This document shows positions 24,481 through 37,520 of a DNA stretch of 64,000 nucleotides, in pieces. This DNA comes from Octopus sinensis (taxonomy: Eukaryota), in NCBI RefSeq assembly GCF_006345805.1, contig NC_043001.1, positions 42,656,001 through 42,720,000 on the forward strand. The letters run 5' to 3'. Position 1 is the stretch's first letter. Every line of letters begins with the position of its first letter. The position numbers and the translations under genes are program-made. The notes below the pieces were generated by a model. The model had not been told where the DNA came from and made no database searches. It saw only the letters and a program-made list of their open reading frames with translations.

Positions 24481-25327
24481 TTATTCAGATCTAGCAAAAA
24501 TAAGGGGTGGTGTAGAAAGAAAAGTTTGGCAAGGATGTAATATTATGTAGACTTTTTTTTTAAACGATACCAAATAAAATAGCTTTTGAGGCAAATTCAA
24601 GGTTTATGTAATTAAACTTGTAGCCAATCCTTAAAAATAAAACCCTTTTGTTTTCTTTCGCTATCATTATTTTCTCTTGTTCACCATCAAGTTGGTTTCA
24701 AATCCCTGTTTTAACCAGCCCATTTCACTTACGCTGATAAGTTCTTTAGAGAAATCATGAACGTCATTGCATTCCCTTTCTGCTTCTCCCCACCAGCTAG
24801 TAATACTGCTGTCTGTGCATAACAAGACCGATGATACGCTTATTTATCAGAAATTTATTCCGTTAATAATTTAATTAATTTCTTTAAGGACTTCTAACAA
24901 GAACTTATCAAAATACCAAATATATTTTTTAAATAAAACCTTACATAGTAGAAAGAAAACACGTCTAAATAGGTTGTATAATTCCTATTTCATAAAAAAA
25001 AAACTCCTGATAAAGTGGGGATAACTAACAATCCTACTAATAACTGTTAAATTAACGAACCGAGTATTTATTCAAATGGTCGGGGACCTGCAATAATTAT
25101 TAAGCGCGTGTGTGTGTGTGCGTAAATTCAGTTTCGTACATCCCGTCATTTGAATAACGTTCGTTTTAGAATTGATATATACCTATCAAAGTATTTGTTC
25201 ATCTTTCCATTTAACATCTACAACTGAGAATTTAAATTAAGTCATAAGTTTTGTTTACCAAATCACACTTTTACATCTACATACACGAGAATGTACTCCT
25301 ATGATATAGTCTGCTTGTAAAATTTGA

Positions 25328-25350
25328 ACCGGAAATCTCCATCACGTGAC
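25328..25350 (+). promoter_or_regulatory. ETS site (ACCGGAAAT) and E-box/CLEAR-like site (TCACGTGAC) upstream of COMMD5
   Basis: Both motifs lie 58-80 nt upstream of the ATG in a CpG-rich stretch. Confidence 0.45.
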
Positions 25351-25407
25351 TCGAGGGGTGGAAACGACATGTCGATGTCTTTCTGATTGAGATCCTGTGT
25401 TTGAAAG

Positions 25408-26115
25408 ATGTCTATTATAAAAGTTGTTGGGACAGGACTGGGTGGAAATATCGACAGAACCTTGTTTGTCGGACCAGTTATACCACCCGAGATCCGTTCT
25501 ATGTATAAAATCATATCGGATATCGATAAAAAAATTTTCCGTAAAATCTTACATTCTGTTGTTTCTGGTTTCACATTTTCGGATAAAGTGAAAGACGAAA
25601 GTTTATTTTTGGAAGAAAACTCAAAAGAACGTATCCAGTTGGATTTTAAACAATTAAGTTCAAATAAAATTGATGAAGAAGGATTACGGATTATTCACAC
25701 AGGGCTTCACACTCTGCTGTCGTGTGCATTCAGGAAACCAAGTGGAGCTTTAAAGGTTGATGTATTTAAAGAGGATTTAGCTGAACTGAACATTCCTTCT
25801 GACTTTATAAGTGATTTAGAAACTGTTGTGTATGGAGCTAAAAGATCAGAAATTGATACATCTATGTTGGCTTGCAGGCCTTCATTACCTAAACTAGAAT
25901 CTTTTAGGTGGCGTGTGGACACTACAATATCCACTAGCGTGCTTAACCGAGTTTTAGAACCGTATCTCTTCGTGGAACTAATTCTAAGTAATGGTGAAGT
26001 TTCAACCTTTGAGGTACCATTGACTAAATTTCAAGAACTCCGATATAATGTTTCGTATGTTTTAAAAGAAATGGAAGCTTTGGAGAAAAAAAGTATTTTA
26101 AGATTAGCAGATTAA
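25408..26115 (+). CDS. COMMD5: COMM domain-containing protein 5, single coding exon, 235 aa
   Basis: C-terminal COMM domain LPKLESFRWRVDTTISTSVLNRVLEP...FEVPLTKFQELRYNVSYVLKEMEALEKK closely matches COMMD5 (FRWRVDVAISTSAL.R.L.P...FEVP..KFQELRY.VA.VLKEM). Confidence 0.93.
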   Translation: MSIIKVVGTGLGGNIDRTLFVGPVIPPEIRSMYKIISDIDKKIFRKILHSVVSGFTFSDKVKDESLFLEENSKERIQLDFKQLSSNKIDEEGLRIIHTGLHTLLSCAFRKPSGALKVDVFKEDLAELNIPSDFISDLETVVYGAKRSEIDTSMLACRPSLPKLESFRWRVDTTISTSVLNRVLEPYLFVELILSNGEVSTFEVPLTKFQELRYNVSYVLKEMEALEKKSILRLAD

Positions 26116-26842
26116 AACGTTTATTCAGTTGGTAATTTATATATATAAATGAAAAATATTTTTTCTATTCTGCTTACCAAATATATAATTTTTGTGTTTT
26201 ATATATAGTGAGATGAGCATCTTAAAAGCAATTCAGTTATATTTTGAAATAACACGAGATATAATCAAAATATTTGGATTTTTCTGTTCATTGGCTTTTG
26301 TTACGTTCTTGTTGGTTTAAATAATTGAATATTTCACTAAAAGATATTAGGACTCCCTTATCGAAAACTATCCTATTTTGTTTTTGTATTTGACATAAAG
26401 ACCCTCCCAAGATACAACAAAAACTATTCGATTTTGTTGTTAAAAAACAGACTGCATTGTGTATCGATAAGGTTAGGGTTTATGTGTGTGGAGGAAATGC
26501 ATTCCAGATTATAATCAAGATATTGAGAGTTCATGAAAAGACATTGACGTTAACGGGTTTACACAAAAACCCATTGAGTCGGGGTTGAGGGGCGGCAACC
26601 CCGGGAGCAATGCATCAGTTCCCTGCTTTGACACTGTCAGATTAGGACTTTTGTTGTTTACAAACGGATCTCGTGAATTTTGGGCCGGAATTACTGTCGA
26701 TATTTTCAATTAAAATGAATTTGTGTTTCTTGCTCTTATAATTAAATTCATAACAACGAAGACAGTTTTTCGTTTTAGCGACTTATTTATCTGTCCTTGC
26801 TTTGAAATCTACCGAAAACTCGTGTGTGTTATGTATATATAT

Positions 26843-27164
26843 TCTTTTATTCGTTTCAGTCATTTGACAAATGACTGAAACAAGTAAATCGACCCCCGGG
26901 ACTTATTCTTTGTAAGCTAAGTACTTATTCTATCGGTTACTTTTGCCGAATCGCTATTTCACAGGGATGTAAACACACCACCGGTTGTCAAGTGATGGTG
27001 GGGGACAAACACTCGATTACGTCGGTCTACCAAATCCACTCACAAGGCTTTGGTCGGCCCGAGGCTATAGTAGAAGACTCTTGCCTAAGGTGCCGCGCAG
27101 TGGGACTGAACCCGGAACCATGTGGTTGGGAAGCAAGGTTCTTACCACACAGTCACTCCTGCGC
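26843..27164 (-). mobile_element. tRNA-derived SINE lacking the internal microsatellite and carrying a fold-back tail
   Basis: Head GCGCAGGAGTGACTGTGTGGTAAG...GGTTCAGTCCCACTGCGCGGCACCTTAGGCAAG; tail matches 42204-42400. Confidence 0.9.
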
Positions 27165-27436
27165 ATATAACTCAAAATTCCATAAATACTTAATATTCAA
27201 TTTTATTTATTCATTTTAATTATGAATGTTTAATAATTGAATGCTGTGAGTTTAAATCATAATTTTTTTCTTTTTCAACATTTGTCTATTTATTAGCAAA
27301 ATCTCATGAAATAATTTTTTGTTTCGATTTTGGAATTAAATGGTTTTGATTCACTGTCAGGTACTTAATGCCAACCCTGTATGTATATATAAATATATGT
27401 GTGTGTATAGAGCTTCAATCATCAGGTTGCGGCCAT

Positions 27437-28480
27437 GATCATCATCATCATTGTTTGACCGTGGTTGAGACAATGGAATTTACTATGCTATGCCAGACTT
27501 CACGGTCCATCATAGCATTACGGAGGTCCTGTTTCTGGATGCCTGTATCCCTGGAGATTACATCAGGGTAGGAGAGTGTGCGCCCTCTGGTATTGCGAGC
27601 AGATAGCTTCCAGAGGAGAAGAGTAGAAAATGCCTTGTTTTCAGCTCTACAACAACGTCCAGCAAACTGGAATCTCCTACCTTTCACAAGAGATGATACA
27701 GGTGGTAGTTTCCCATATATTTGTACTTTGGTTGGACGACGCTTCCACGAGAGATTTTGAGCTCTCATAAGGAGGCGAGTGTAAGTTCCATCCAACCGCC
27801 TCTCAAGCTTCTTTGATAAAGTCCAGGTTTCTGAGCCATATAGTAGAATTGGTTCGACTGTGGCTTTGAAGATTTTAAGTTTGAAATCTCTAAGTTTGAT
27901 GACCAGATCTTATGCATATCATTACAGGCTGACCAGGCCATACCCTTTCTAGTTAGAAAATCTTTTCCAGATGATGAAATGTATGACCCAAGATATTTGT
28001 AATCAGAAACCATATTTAAGGGCGTATTGTTGAGAGTATGGATGATGAAATCATTGTTGGACAGGCACTTGTTTACATATTCAGTCTTGGACTCATTGAG
28101 GTAAAGACCTACACAATTTGAGGCTTGTTCAAGAGATTGTAAAAGAGACTGGGGATTGGAGAGAGAATCACTGATAAGAGCGATGTTGTCAGCAAAGTCA
28201 GTGTCTGTCAAGTATTCAGCTGGGTGTCTGGAACTTCTAGGTTTTATTTCAAAGCCCTTGCCAGAAATGGTATCAACTGACATACGTAGCACATAGTCAA
28301 CGATAATGATGAAAAGAGAAATGAGGCAAGTGTGTCTCCCTGCAGTATTCCGGCTTTGAGAAAGATGATGTTTCTCCATCAGGGGTTAAGATGGTCGAAG
28401 ACGTATCTGTGTAGAGGACCTTAATGGCAGAAAGGATTTTGTCTGGCCATGATGGAACACCACCTTGAAAGACTTTAATT
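27437..28480 (-). mobile_element. 5'-truncated RTE-like LINE of a second family (RT core to C-terminus)
   Basis: LFIIIVDYVLR...TDTDFADNIALIS...GLYLNESKTE...YKYLGS; the ORF ends directly in a (GAT)n tail; frameshifted. Confidence 0.9.
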
Positions 28481-28499
28481 GAACAAATCGATACCAATA

Positions 28500-28700
28500 C
28501 TTTTATTTTTTAATCCTGGTACTTATTGTATCAGTATCTTTTGCAGATCCGCTAAGTTATAGGGGCAAATAACCCATGGACACCAGTTGTCAAGTGGTGG
28601 TTGGAGAGAAACATAGACATGAAGACACACACACACACATAAAGACAGGCTTCTTTCTGTTTCTGTCTACCAAATACACTCACAAACTATAGAAGACTCT
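28500..28700 (-). mobile_element. Decayed microsatellite-containing SINE
   Basis: GGTACTTATT...GCTAAGTTA...GTTGTCAAG...(CA)n...GGCTTCTTTC...CTACCAAAT. Confidence 0.7.
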
Positions 28701-29235
28701 TTGGCGATGTATTGTGATGATCAAAAATCCGGCCTGCTAAAATTTGGTTAAAGTGATTCAAACTGCAGACTCAACACAAAATGGTCACATTTAATTCAAA
28801 GCGTTAAAAATGTTATGAAAACAATTAGTATGTGTTCACAAAGTCCAAACGATTAATACAAAAAACCCTCCAGGCTACATCCCGTAAATTCATTTCTTTG
28901 CCGAATTTCTACAATGTTTACGGCGATTTGTTTTTATATCTTGATTTTTAATTTTTCATGCAATTTCCGCATGCTTGCATGCGTGGTGAACACAGTTCAC
29001 GTCAAACAGCTGAGTAAAGTTCATTATTCAATGCATGGGATAAAGCCTAAACAAACACATTATCAATTTTTGCACTTGCGAGATGAATTTCGGAACAGAA
29101 ATAGCGCAGTTCATTTTCATTCGCCTAAACTTTAAGTGACCCATTTTTGGTGGTTCTATGATTTGTTGGCTAGGAGGAGATGTGCTGGGAAGTTAAACAC
29201 ACAGACACACAAGTTGAGTTTTATATATATAGATG
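28700..29235 (+). mobile_element. Possible non-autonomous Helitron/Helentron-like repeat
   Basis: CpG-rich non-coding block ending GGAGGAGATG...ACACACAGACACACAAG...TTTTATATATATAGAT, a 3' end style typical of such repeats. Confidence 0.3.
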
Positions 29236-29269
29236 TTACTCAGTTTTAATGAATTATGGACAACTTCAT

Positions 29270-29430
29270 AAGAAATGATAATCTTAGTGGCATTTTGTCC
29301 ATCTTTATGTTCTGAGTTCAAATTCTGCCGCATTTCAGGGTCGATACAATAAGTACCAGTTGAACACTGGGGATGATGTAATCAACTTAACCCCTCCCTT
29401 GAAATTGCTGGCCTTCTGAAAACATTTGAA
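29270..29430 (+). mobile_element. Decayed SINE of the 47759/63628 family
   Basis: TTCTGAGTTCAAATTCTGCC...GGGTCGATACAATAAGTACCAGTTGAACACTGGGG. Confidence 0.75.
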
Positions 29431-30841
29431 ATCAGTGTTTGATTTATAGAGCCAACATGTCTTTGGCTCCCACCTATTTTTCTTCTTCAGATAAATAAGT
29501 GCCCAAAATAGTATATAACAGGAAACAACTTTGTGATGAACATAGCAGATATTCAGTATCCCCTTCCCACCCTATTTTTGAAATACATCAATAATGAAAA
29601 CTTTTTATTTAATAAAAGAATACTCATCATTAATTTTAAAAAAACAACAGGTAATATTAATAAATACAATATTTTAGATAATTTCTGTATTTAATATGCT
29701 GTTTTCACTTTTTAGATTTCTGTTGCAGTTTTCCATAATCTTTATCTTTCATTTTGTCTCACTTGTAACTAGTTTGTTTCAAGGACTTTGCTGTTTCCAT
29801 AACATAAAAGTTATTGAATTTGCTATAAATTACATAGCATTCTTTTGGTTTGTGATCACAAAATGAAAGTGGGTATATCGACATTATTTAGTAATGTTAA
29901 GACAGATATGTCAAATAAGCAACCTATCAACCAGTAATTTTTTTAACATTTTTTCAATAATTTTTGGAGTATATTCCACATTTAATTTTTTGGTTATATG
30001 ATTCTGAGAAAAATTTTTTTTTCTTCTCTATAACTGAAAGAATGCTTATGCATAAGCCTGATGATGATGGTTGAGAATATTAGCAAAAAATTATCTTGTA
30101 TATTCTCCAATTACTCATTTTGATTTGTTCTTCCATTTAGAATCTGGTGGACTTTATGGGGAACAAGGATTGGAGTGCAAAAATAGTCAAAATTTTTTAA
30201 CAAAAAAATTCTTTCATAATCATAATTCCATTGTATGAAATGCAGGAATATTAAAAAGAAAACAAAAAACATGAAGGTAAAATTCCACCCAATTCCTTGT
30301 CCTTCTCATTCCTTATCAGGTAGTGATAGCTATTCCAAATGATCTCCTTGAACCATAACAGTATGGTTTCAGATTTGACCACATTGTGTGGCACCATAAG
30401 TAAGATCATCCAGGTTAACCAGAACCTTGTGAGTGAAAGTTGTTGTTGGTGGTGGTGGTTTAACCACATGTCAAACCTGATCAAACATGCCCATGATGGA
30501 AAGCATTGCTGCCATGACTATCCAGTCTTTTTCAAGCTGAACAGGATTACATTATGTTCTATGTTCTTATTTAAGATGATAGAGTGTCATTATAGGGGAA
30601 GCCTGCTAGAAATAGCAATCAAATCTTAATTAAATATCACTCTTAGTGTCTTAAGTAAAGAAAAATCACATTGGTTACTCCATAAAAATCCAATGGTCAT
30701 GGCTAGAATGACTTGACTCATGAACCTGCTCGATTATACTTGACCTCAGGCTAAATTTCTTAATTCTAAATTAACAAACAAGCACTAGCATGACTATGTG
30801 GTAAGAAGTTGGCTTCCCAGTAACATGGTTCTGGGCTATTG

Positions 30842-33393
30842 CATGGAGATGAAAGTAACAAACACTTGAAATCAAGTAAGAGATACTCATAGGTTTTTAG
30901 TGTCTTATCAAAGTAGAACAAAGTGATTTGTAGAATACAGGCTTCAGTTCAGTACAGATTTAACAAGCAGTGGATAATTTCTTGATGTCTTCAAGAGATC
31001 ATGGTAAATTTCAAGTAAGATTAATTCTTGTGATACCAGGATGACAGAGATGTAAGTCATTAAGTGTTGGATGCTCCAGACTGATGACTGAACAAAAATT
31101 CACAATAATGTATCAGCCAAAATACACTTTTTGTGGGAGTAGATTATATGTTGGTAACAAGTGAGTTCAATTCTCCATCCATTGTTCTTGAGTTTTACCA
31201 CATTAATTGTTGTTATATGTGCAACTAACTGATTATTGCTCCTTTATTAGAGTGAAATATCTGCCAATACTTGTGAAATGCTTTTTTCAAGATTGGAGTG
31301 ATTCTTTTAGAACTACATAATGAATGAGAGAAAATGGCAACATATCCTATTTTGTTAAATGAGCAGTAATGGCAAAATCAGAAACATCCATCTCAATAAG
31401 GAATAATGCCATCAACAGCATGAATGACAGACAATTTTATGCCTTCTTCAATTGAATTAAAGAAATCCCTTCCACGTTTTTTTTTTGTGTGTGTGTGGAA
31501 ATGTATCTACTTTCATCTATGGTCTAATTTTGTCTGAGAAATGGAAAATCTGGTGCATAAGTAGAACATATCAATTAGCTGATGAAAAGAGACTGCATCA
31601 TTTGGAAGAGTACTCTTTTACGGAGGATTCAGTGATTGAAGATCGGTGAGATCAATCCTTGTGATATTGTATAACCAAGGAAGTCATTGAATATACTACT
31701 ATAGTTGGATTTCTGCTTGTTAAAGGTAACATGGGCATCTTTAAAAGTTTGCAGGACCTTAGTAAGATTAATATCATGTTCAGTTTGTGTTCTGTGAAAG
31801 GCATGAACATTGTCCATATAGACAAATGTATCCACTGGATTACCGTTTCTTATGAAGTTGTCCATAATTCATTAAAACTGAGCAACAGCATTGATTGAGC
31901 AATCTGAGAAACACCTTTGGATCGAAAGGATGTCATATTCCAAGATATATGCATTCATCGAATCCAGTGAAATGAATATTTTATAGTGTGCAACAGTGTT
32001 TACCAATGCACCTATCATTGGCAGAGTAACCATCCAATTGAGTGAAATCATTTGATAGTTTGTGAATAGATCATATGTTTGTGATGTTCACTGGTAGTGT
32101 TGACAATTTGAGATCACTGTGATGAATTGCTTGGGTCATATAAGCCTTTGTTCAGAAGATTTGCTATTTTTCCTGGTTGAACACCTTATCTATCTTGTTA
32201 AATATTCTTGATGGTGCAATGAAAGCTTTTACTGTCAATTGCGAGGTATAGAATCAATATTATTTGAGATAGGGTAGCTTCAATCAAAGCCAATATACTT
32301 TGGTATAGCTTAGCCCTGTTAAATATTGGTGTTCATGTTGGAAGAAATCTCTATCAAAAATTATCTTTTTGCACAGATTTGGTGTATCTGACACTTATCT
32401 CTTGATAAGCAGCTTCTTATAAGTGTAAAGTTCACCATATTCTAGTAGATACAAATAGAAAGAGAAGTCAACTGTGGTCATGCTCTTGGAAGAATGATAC
32501 GTTATCAGGGAGTATTCATTCATAGCAGTTTTGGTGATGAAATATACAAGTCAAGATTGTTGATGTTTATCAAAGCCTGTCATGTCTTGCCCCTTGTGTA
32601 TAATAATAAAGAAAAAAAAACAATTATTTTTGAGGTATCGGTAGCAGAGCTGCATATTGTGACAAGAATAGGTGTATTGAAATTGTAGAAGCTGATGCAT
32701 GAATCTGACTTGTATATTTCTCTGAAGTGACCCTTTTTGCTATAATTTTCATACTTGGTTTTGTGAGGGGGACACTTGAGAAGAGGATGACATTTGTATC
32801 TTCGGAAAAAGTAAAGATTATGACTTGTCATATGTAGTAAGCATGATGTTGTCTTGAGAATTGTAACTTTGCCAATCTTTATCTACTGTGGCTACTGTGT
32901 AATATCTGGTATTGCCATACAAGCCAAGTGTTCCATCCAAGTTCCAAGGCACATACTTGGTTGTAAGCAGTTTCAAGACCACAGTTATACTTTCTAATAT
33001 GTATTGTCAGATATCCTGCATTACTAGCCTACTAATAAAAGCATTCCTAATTGATTCTTCATAATGACAACTTTGAAGCTGCAATCCTTGCCAAGAGTTT
33101 GCATACCTGGAAGAAATTCATCAATAGATTCTTCTGAGGTTTAGTGTCTGCTTGCCAAAAGATGGCATACAAAAATTTCATTAAAGTTTCATATACAGTG
33201 TCTCAAGTATTTGAATTAGAGCATCAGTTCAGAGACATCAGCAATGTCATAAATTGTTGAGGATAATAAGAGTCAAACCTTTTTAGCCAATATGATGCAG
33301 TGGATTTGAAAAATGTCTCAAATGACACCACTCTTTGCTGGTAGTAGAAGCTAGATTGGTATCAAATCTCACAGGTTTGAAAGGTCATTCCAT
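30842..33393 (-). mobile_element. Degenerate Ty3/Gypsy gag-pol (gag, zinc knuckle, protease region, RT, RNase H, integrase N-terminus)
   Basis: gag NEIFVCHLLASR...SIDEFL..MQTLGKDCSF...IRNAFI; knuckle HPLLKCP...KKGHF; RT YSQTI..., TFVYMDNV...EHDINL...FLGYTIS; ends at integrase LDFK just before a SINE. Confidence 0.8.
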
Positions 33394-34149
33394 CTTTTGT
33401 AAGTAATTTTGTATTCAATAATTAATGCTGTATATCGCATCTTTAATAAAATTTTCACATTTTTTTTTTTTTGTTCTTGTTGAATAAATTGAACTGAATA
33501 ACTAGAGAATAGCTTTAGTCAACATGGTCAAACTAGACTTCAGAGAGAGGGAGAGGAGAGGGAGAGAGAGAGGAATAAAATACAAATATATTTAATATCC
33601 GAAAGAAAATTATAAACAATCACCACATTCTGAAACCATGTTATAACTTTATTGTAGTTCTCAAATGTCATTCAAGCTGCATGGTAAAACTTGTCTGAAA
33701 CGCAGCCCCAAACTTCTGCTCTTTCATTCATTCATTTATCTAGCAGATAAGTTGAATGCTTATTTATTTATTTTCACTTCCCCATCAATCATACATGCTT
33801 TCTTATCTATCTAACTATTTTTAACTAATTTCTATATCTATCTAATTATTTTAACTAATTTATCCATTACCCATCTCGCCTCTCGTGTATTCATCAACCA
33901 TCGTGTATTCGCGGTGCACCCGCCCTGCCCACCCCCACCACCAATACCGGATATCTCTATATTTTTGCTCCATCCATACCGGATGTCGCTTCTCCCACCA
34001 CCATAATAGGTGTCTACTCTTCGAACCCCCCTCTTCAATACGCTATTTCACCATGCATTACCCCTCTCTTGATATCCTACGTTCTACTTGCCTAGAACCT
34101 GTCATCATTTCTCTGAACCACCCCTCCCCACTGGTGCTCCCCTATATTT

Positions 34150-34410
34150 CTGCACCCCCCCCACATAAAAAAAGCACCATCCGAACGTGGCCGATGCCAG
34201 ACCCCTCTGGCACCTGTGCAGGTGGCACGTAAAAAACACCCACTACACTCGCGGAGTGGTTGGCGTTAGGAAGGGCATCCAGCTGTAGAAACTCTGCCAG
34301 ACTAGACTGGAGCCTGGGGCAGTCCCTAGCTCCCCAGACCCCGGTCGAAACCGTCCAACCCGTGCTAGCGCGGAAAACGGACGTTAAACGATGATGATGA
34401 TGATGATGAT
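34150..34410 (+). mobile_element. Young RTE 3' UTR copy with CpGs intact
   Basis: ...GGCGTTAGGAAGGGCATCCAGCTGTAGAAAC...GCGCGGAAAACGGACGTTAAACG(ATG)n. Confidence 0.9.
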
Positions 34411-34904
34411 CCTTTACTGCTCCTATGTATATATTATACAACATACATAATTTCGGATCTCTCTCTCTCTCGCCTGCACCCACATCTCTCTGTCAGTTCT
34501 GAAACATCAGTATTCCTTTCCCATGGCATACTAACTTCACTAAATAATTTTTACAAATACCGACCATCACTTGTTTGTTTTTGTTTTCCATTTATTATAT
34601 TATTTTAACAGGAATTTGTTTTGTATGAAAACCAAATTAAATTCCTTCGCTTTATGCTACAGCATTGCTTCATCAATGAAACATAGTAAACATTTTGATT
34701 GGAAGTAGTTTATTGAATTTAATAATTGTATTCTTTAGAAAAAGTTCAAGGCCATTTTGTTGGGGAGGGTCTACATTGAATCAAATTACAGTATATCACT
34801 GGTAGTTATTGTATATAAGCCTCCAAGGAAATATTTATAAAACCTATTTCAGTGAAAGTAAATGCTAGACTAGTATTTTACTATTTCTGCCATTCCAACC
34901 ATCC

Positions 34905-35325
34905 TATTAAATTTAATTTTGCCAGATCATCATTTAATGTTCATTTTTCCATGCTGGCAAGGGTTGAACAGTTTGACAGGAGCCGACCAGCTGAAGAGCT
35001 GCCCAGGCTTCATGTCCATTTTGGTATGGTTTCTACAGCTAGATACCCTTCCTAATGCCAACCACTTTACAGAGTGTACTGGGTGCTTTTACGTAGCACT
35101 GGCATAGGCTTGTTTATATGGAACTGGTACAGAGGCCTTTTATGTGGCACCAGCATCTATTAGCCTGCAAGATTAGGAATGCTCAGCAGGAGAGGGATGC
35201 AGGGGTCAAGGCTGTATGCAAGGACAACAACACTTTTACTTAGCTTGACATATCTTTTCAAGCACAGCAAACCACCAGGTGTCATCCCCACTGTGAGTCC
35301 CAATATCTGTAGATCCTTTCTCACT
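34905..35325 (-). mobile_element. Decayed 5'-truncated RTE 3' end
   Basis: WDEVVRKDLQILGL ORF end followed by the same 3' UTR core. Confidence 0.75.
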
Positions 35326-36399
35326 ACTTCGTCCCACATCCTGGATCTACTCCTTCCACATGTTCTAATTAAAAAAAATATGTACTAAAAAAACAAAACC
35401 TATTTACCTGAAATGAATGCTTTCAAAAACACATTAACAACAATCAAATTTAAGATAATTATTTCTAAAAGCATTTTTGTTGTGTATTTTGTTTTGAAAG
35501 AAACATATGCCACACACAAAGTTTTATAGGAAGTATTAACATATAAGCTTTAAAATATAAGCTCTTGTCAAGAGCTTCCTGATGATATAGTGAAGCAAAC
35601 ATATTTATATTAAGGATACAAAGCAATAGCTATCCATGGAATTTAAATTTGTTCAATAATTACTTTGCCTCCATGAGGAGCAAAGCACCTTTTAAGCATT
35701 GGGCCTCATGGAGGCAAAGTGGTTGATGCTGGTAGCATGTGAAAAGATGCTTTTGAGTGTTTGGCTTCATGGAGGCAATGACCAAGACCTTTGGCATTAT
35801 ATTGTGCTTGAGAAGAAAACCCATCAAGCCAAGTAAAATCGCAGTCATGGCAGATACTGGTGTCATGCAAATGGCGTATGTGCTGCTGGCATGTAAAAGC
35901 ACCCATTACACACTTGGAGTAGTAAGTATTAGGAAGGGCATCCAGTTATAGGAACCATGTCAAATCAAACTGGAGTCTGGTGCAGTCTTCCAGCTTACCA
36001 GCCCTGGTCAAACCACCCAACCCATGCCAGCATGGACAATGAACATTAAATGATGATGATGATGAATAGTGATTTCTAACATTTGTACGAGACTAAATAT
36101 TAAAAGGATGGAAATATACATGATTCAATTACTTTACTGGTACTTATTTGATGCAACATGGAAAGATATCCTGATAGAGCTTGACAACATGCCAACAGGT
36201 CATCTGTGGTCTCGAGATGAGTAGTCTCCCAGTCAGGGCTGGCATCCCAGGCAAGCTGAACTTCGGCACATGCAAGCTGACAATCATGGAAATTTCCATG
36301 TCTTTGTCATGACCTCCTTGGCACCCCAGGCAACTAACTGAGTTGCTGGTACCTTGAGCCAGCCCAGCTCCCAGTGATGATGGGAATTGGGTGAGATTT

Positions 36400-37520
36400 A
36401 CAAGTATGGCGGGCTGCACCTCACCTCACATCTTCACGCTTTGTTTGTAGGGGAAGACTATACCCAACAGGTGGAAACACTCCAAAATTGTCACGGTCTA
36501 CAAGTGCAAGGGAAACTGTACAGAGTGTGGCAAAAGCAAAGAAATCTCTCTTCTGGATAACGCCGGCAAGATTCTCTCACATATTCTCCTCTGACGTCTT
36601 CTATTTCAGGTTATCAATCTAGTTATGCCTGAGTCCCAGTGTGGATTTTGATCAGAAAGAAGCACTTTTGACATGATATTTGCGGCCTGTCTTCTCAAAA
36701 TGAATCATCAAAAAACTTAAGTTCTCCAGTCAGCTTTCTGGTACCAACCTCTCACTCAACTTTTCCTTATTGATGATGCTCCTCTACCACAGGTAGACTC
36801 ATTCTACTATCTTGGAAGCACAATCTCTAACACTGGACTACTTGATGAGGAGACACTCTGTCGGATCAACTCTGCATCTTTCAGAAGACTCAGCGAATGA
36901 AGTCTTTCAAAATAAGAAAATCTCAGAACAAGCACAAAAATCTCCATTTATTGTATCCACCCTCCTATATGGGTCTGAGTGGTTAACCCTTTATCAGCAC
37001 CAGATCAGACAACTGGAAGTGTTCCATATTCAATCACAGCATACCCAGTCTCATACCAAAATCCTCCTGAGGGTTGGGGTCTTCAGCATTAAGGTCTGCA
37101 TCCGTGGTCGTTTTCTTAGCTAGGTTGGTCACATGATTTCAGATGCCAGGTAACCAGCTCCCAAAGATGGCCCTCTTCAGCATGATCAAGACATGGACAT
37201 CCAAAACTTCGTTTTCATGATCATCTGAAGTGGTCTTTCATTTAATGTGGTGTCCCTCCCAACCGGTTGGAGTCCCTGTTTGTTAATCCGAGGGCATGGA
37301 GGTCCGAGTGTGATGCTGGAGTAGAGCACTTTGAAACAGAACGCAGGAGACTGCATGAAGAGAGGAGACGTTGTCACCAACTCCTTGCAGCTGTTGTTCA
37401 GGGTCCCTCAATGTCACAGGATCTGCTTGTCTCGTATTAGTCTTGTTAGCTACGTCCGATCCCATGAGAAACAATGTGCTGGAGGCGGATGAATGTTTTG
37501 GATGGATGTTGTCATCAGCT
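36400..37520 (+). mobile_element. Degenerate, internally deleted RTE (BovB-like) LINE
   Basis: ISLLDNAGKILSHILL...MPESQCGF...STFDMIFAA; VDSFYYLGSTIS; STLLYGSEW; ends near an (ATG)-like tail. Confidence 0.8.
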
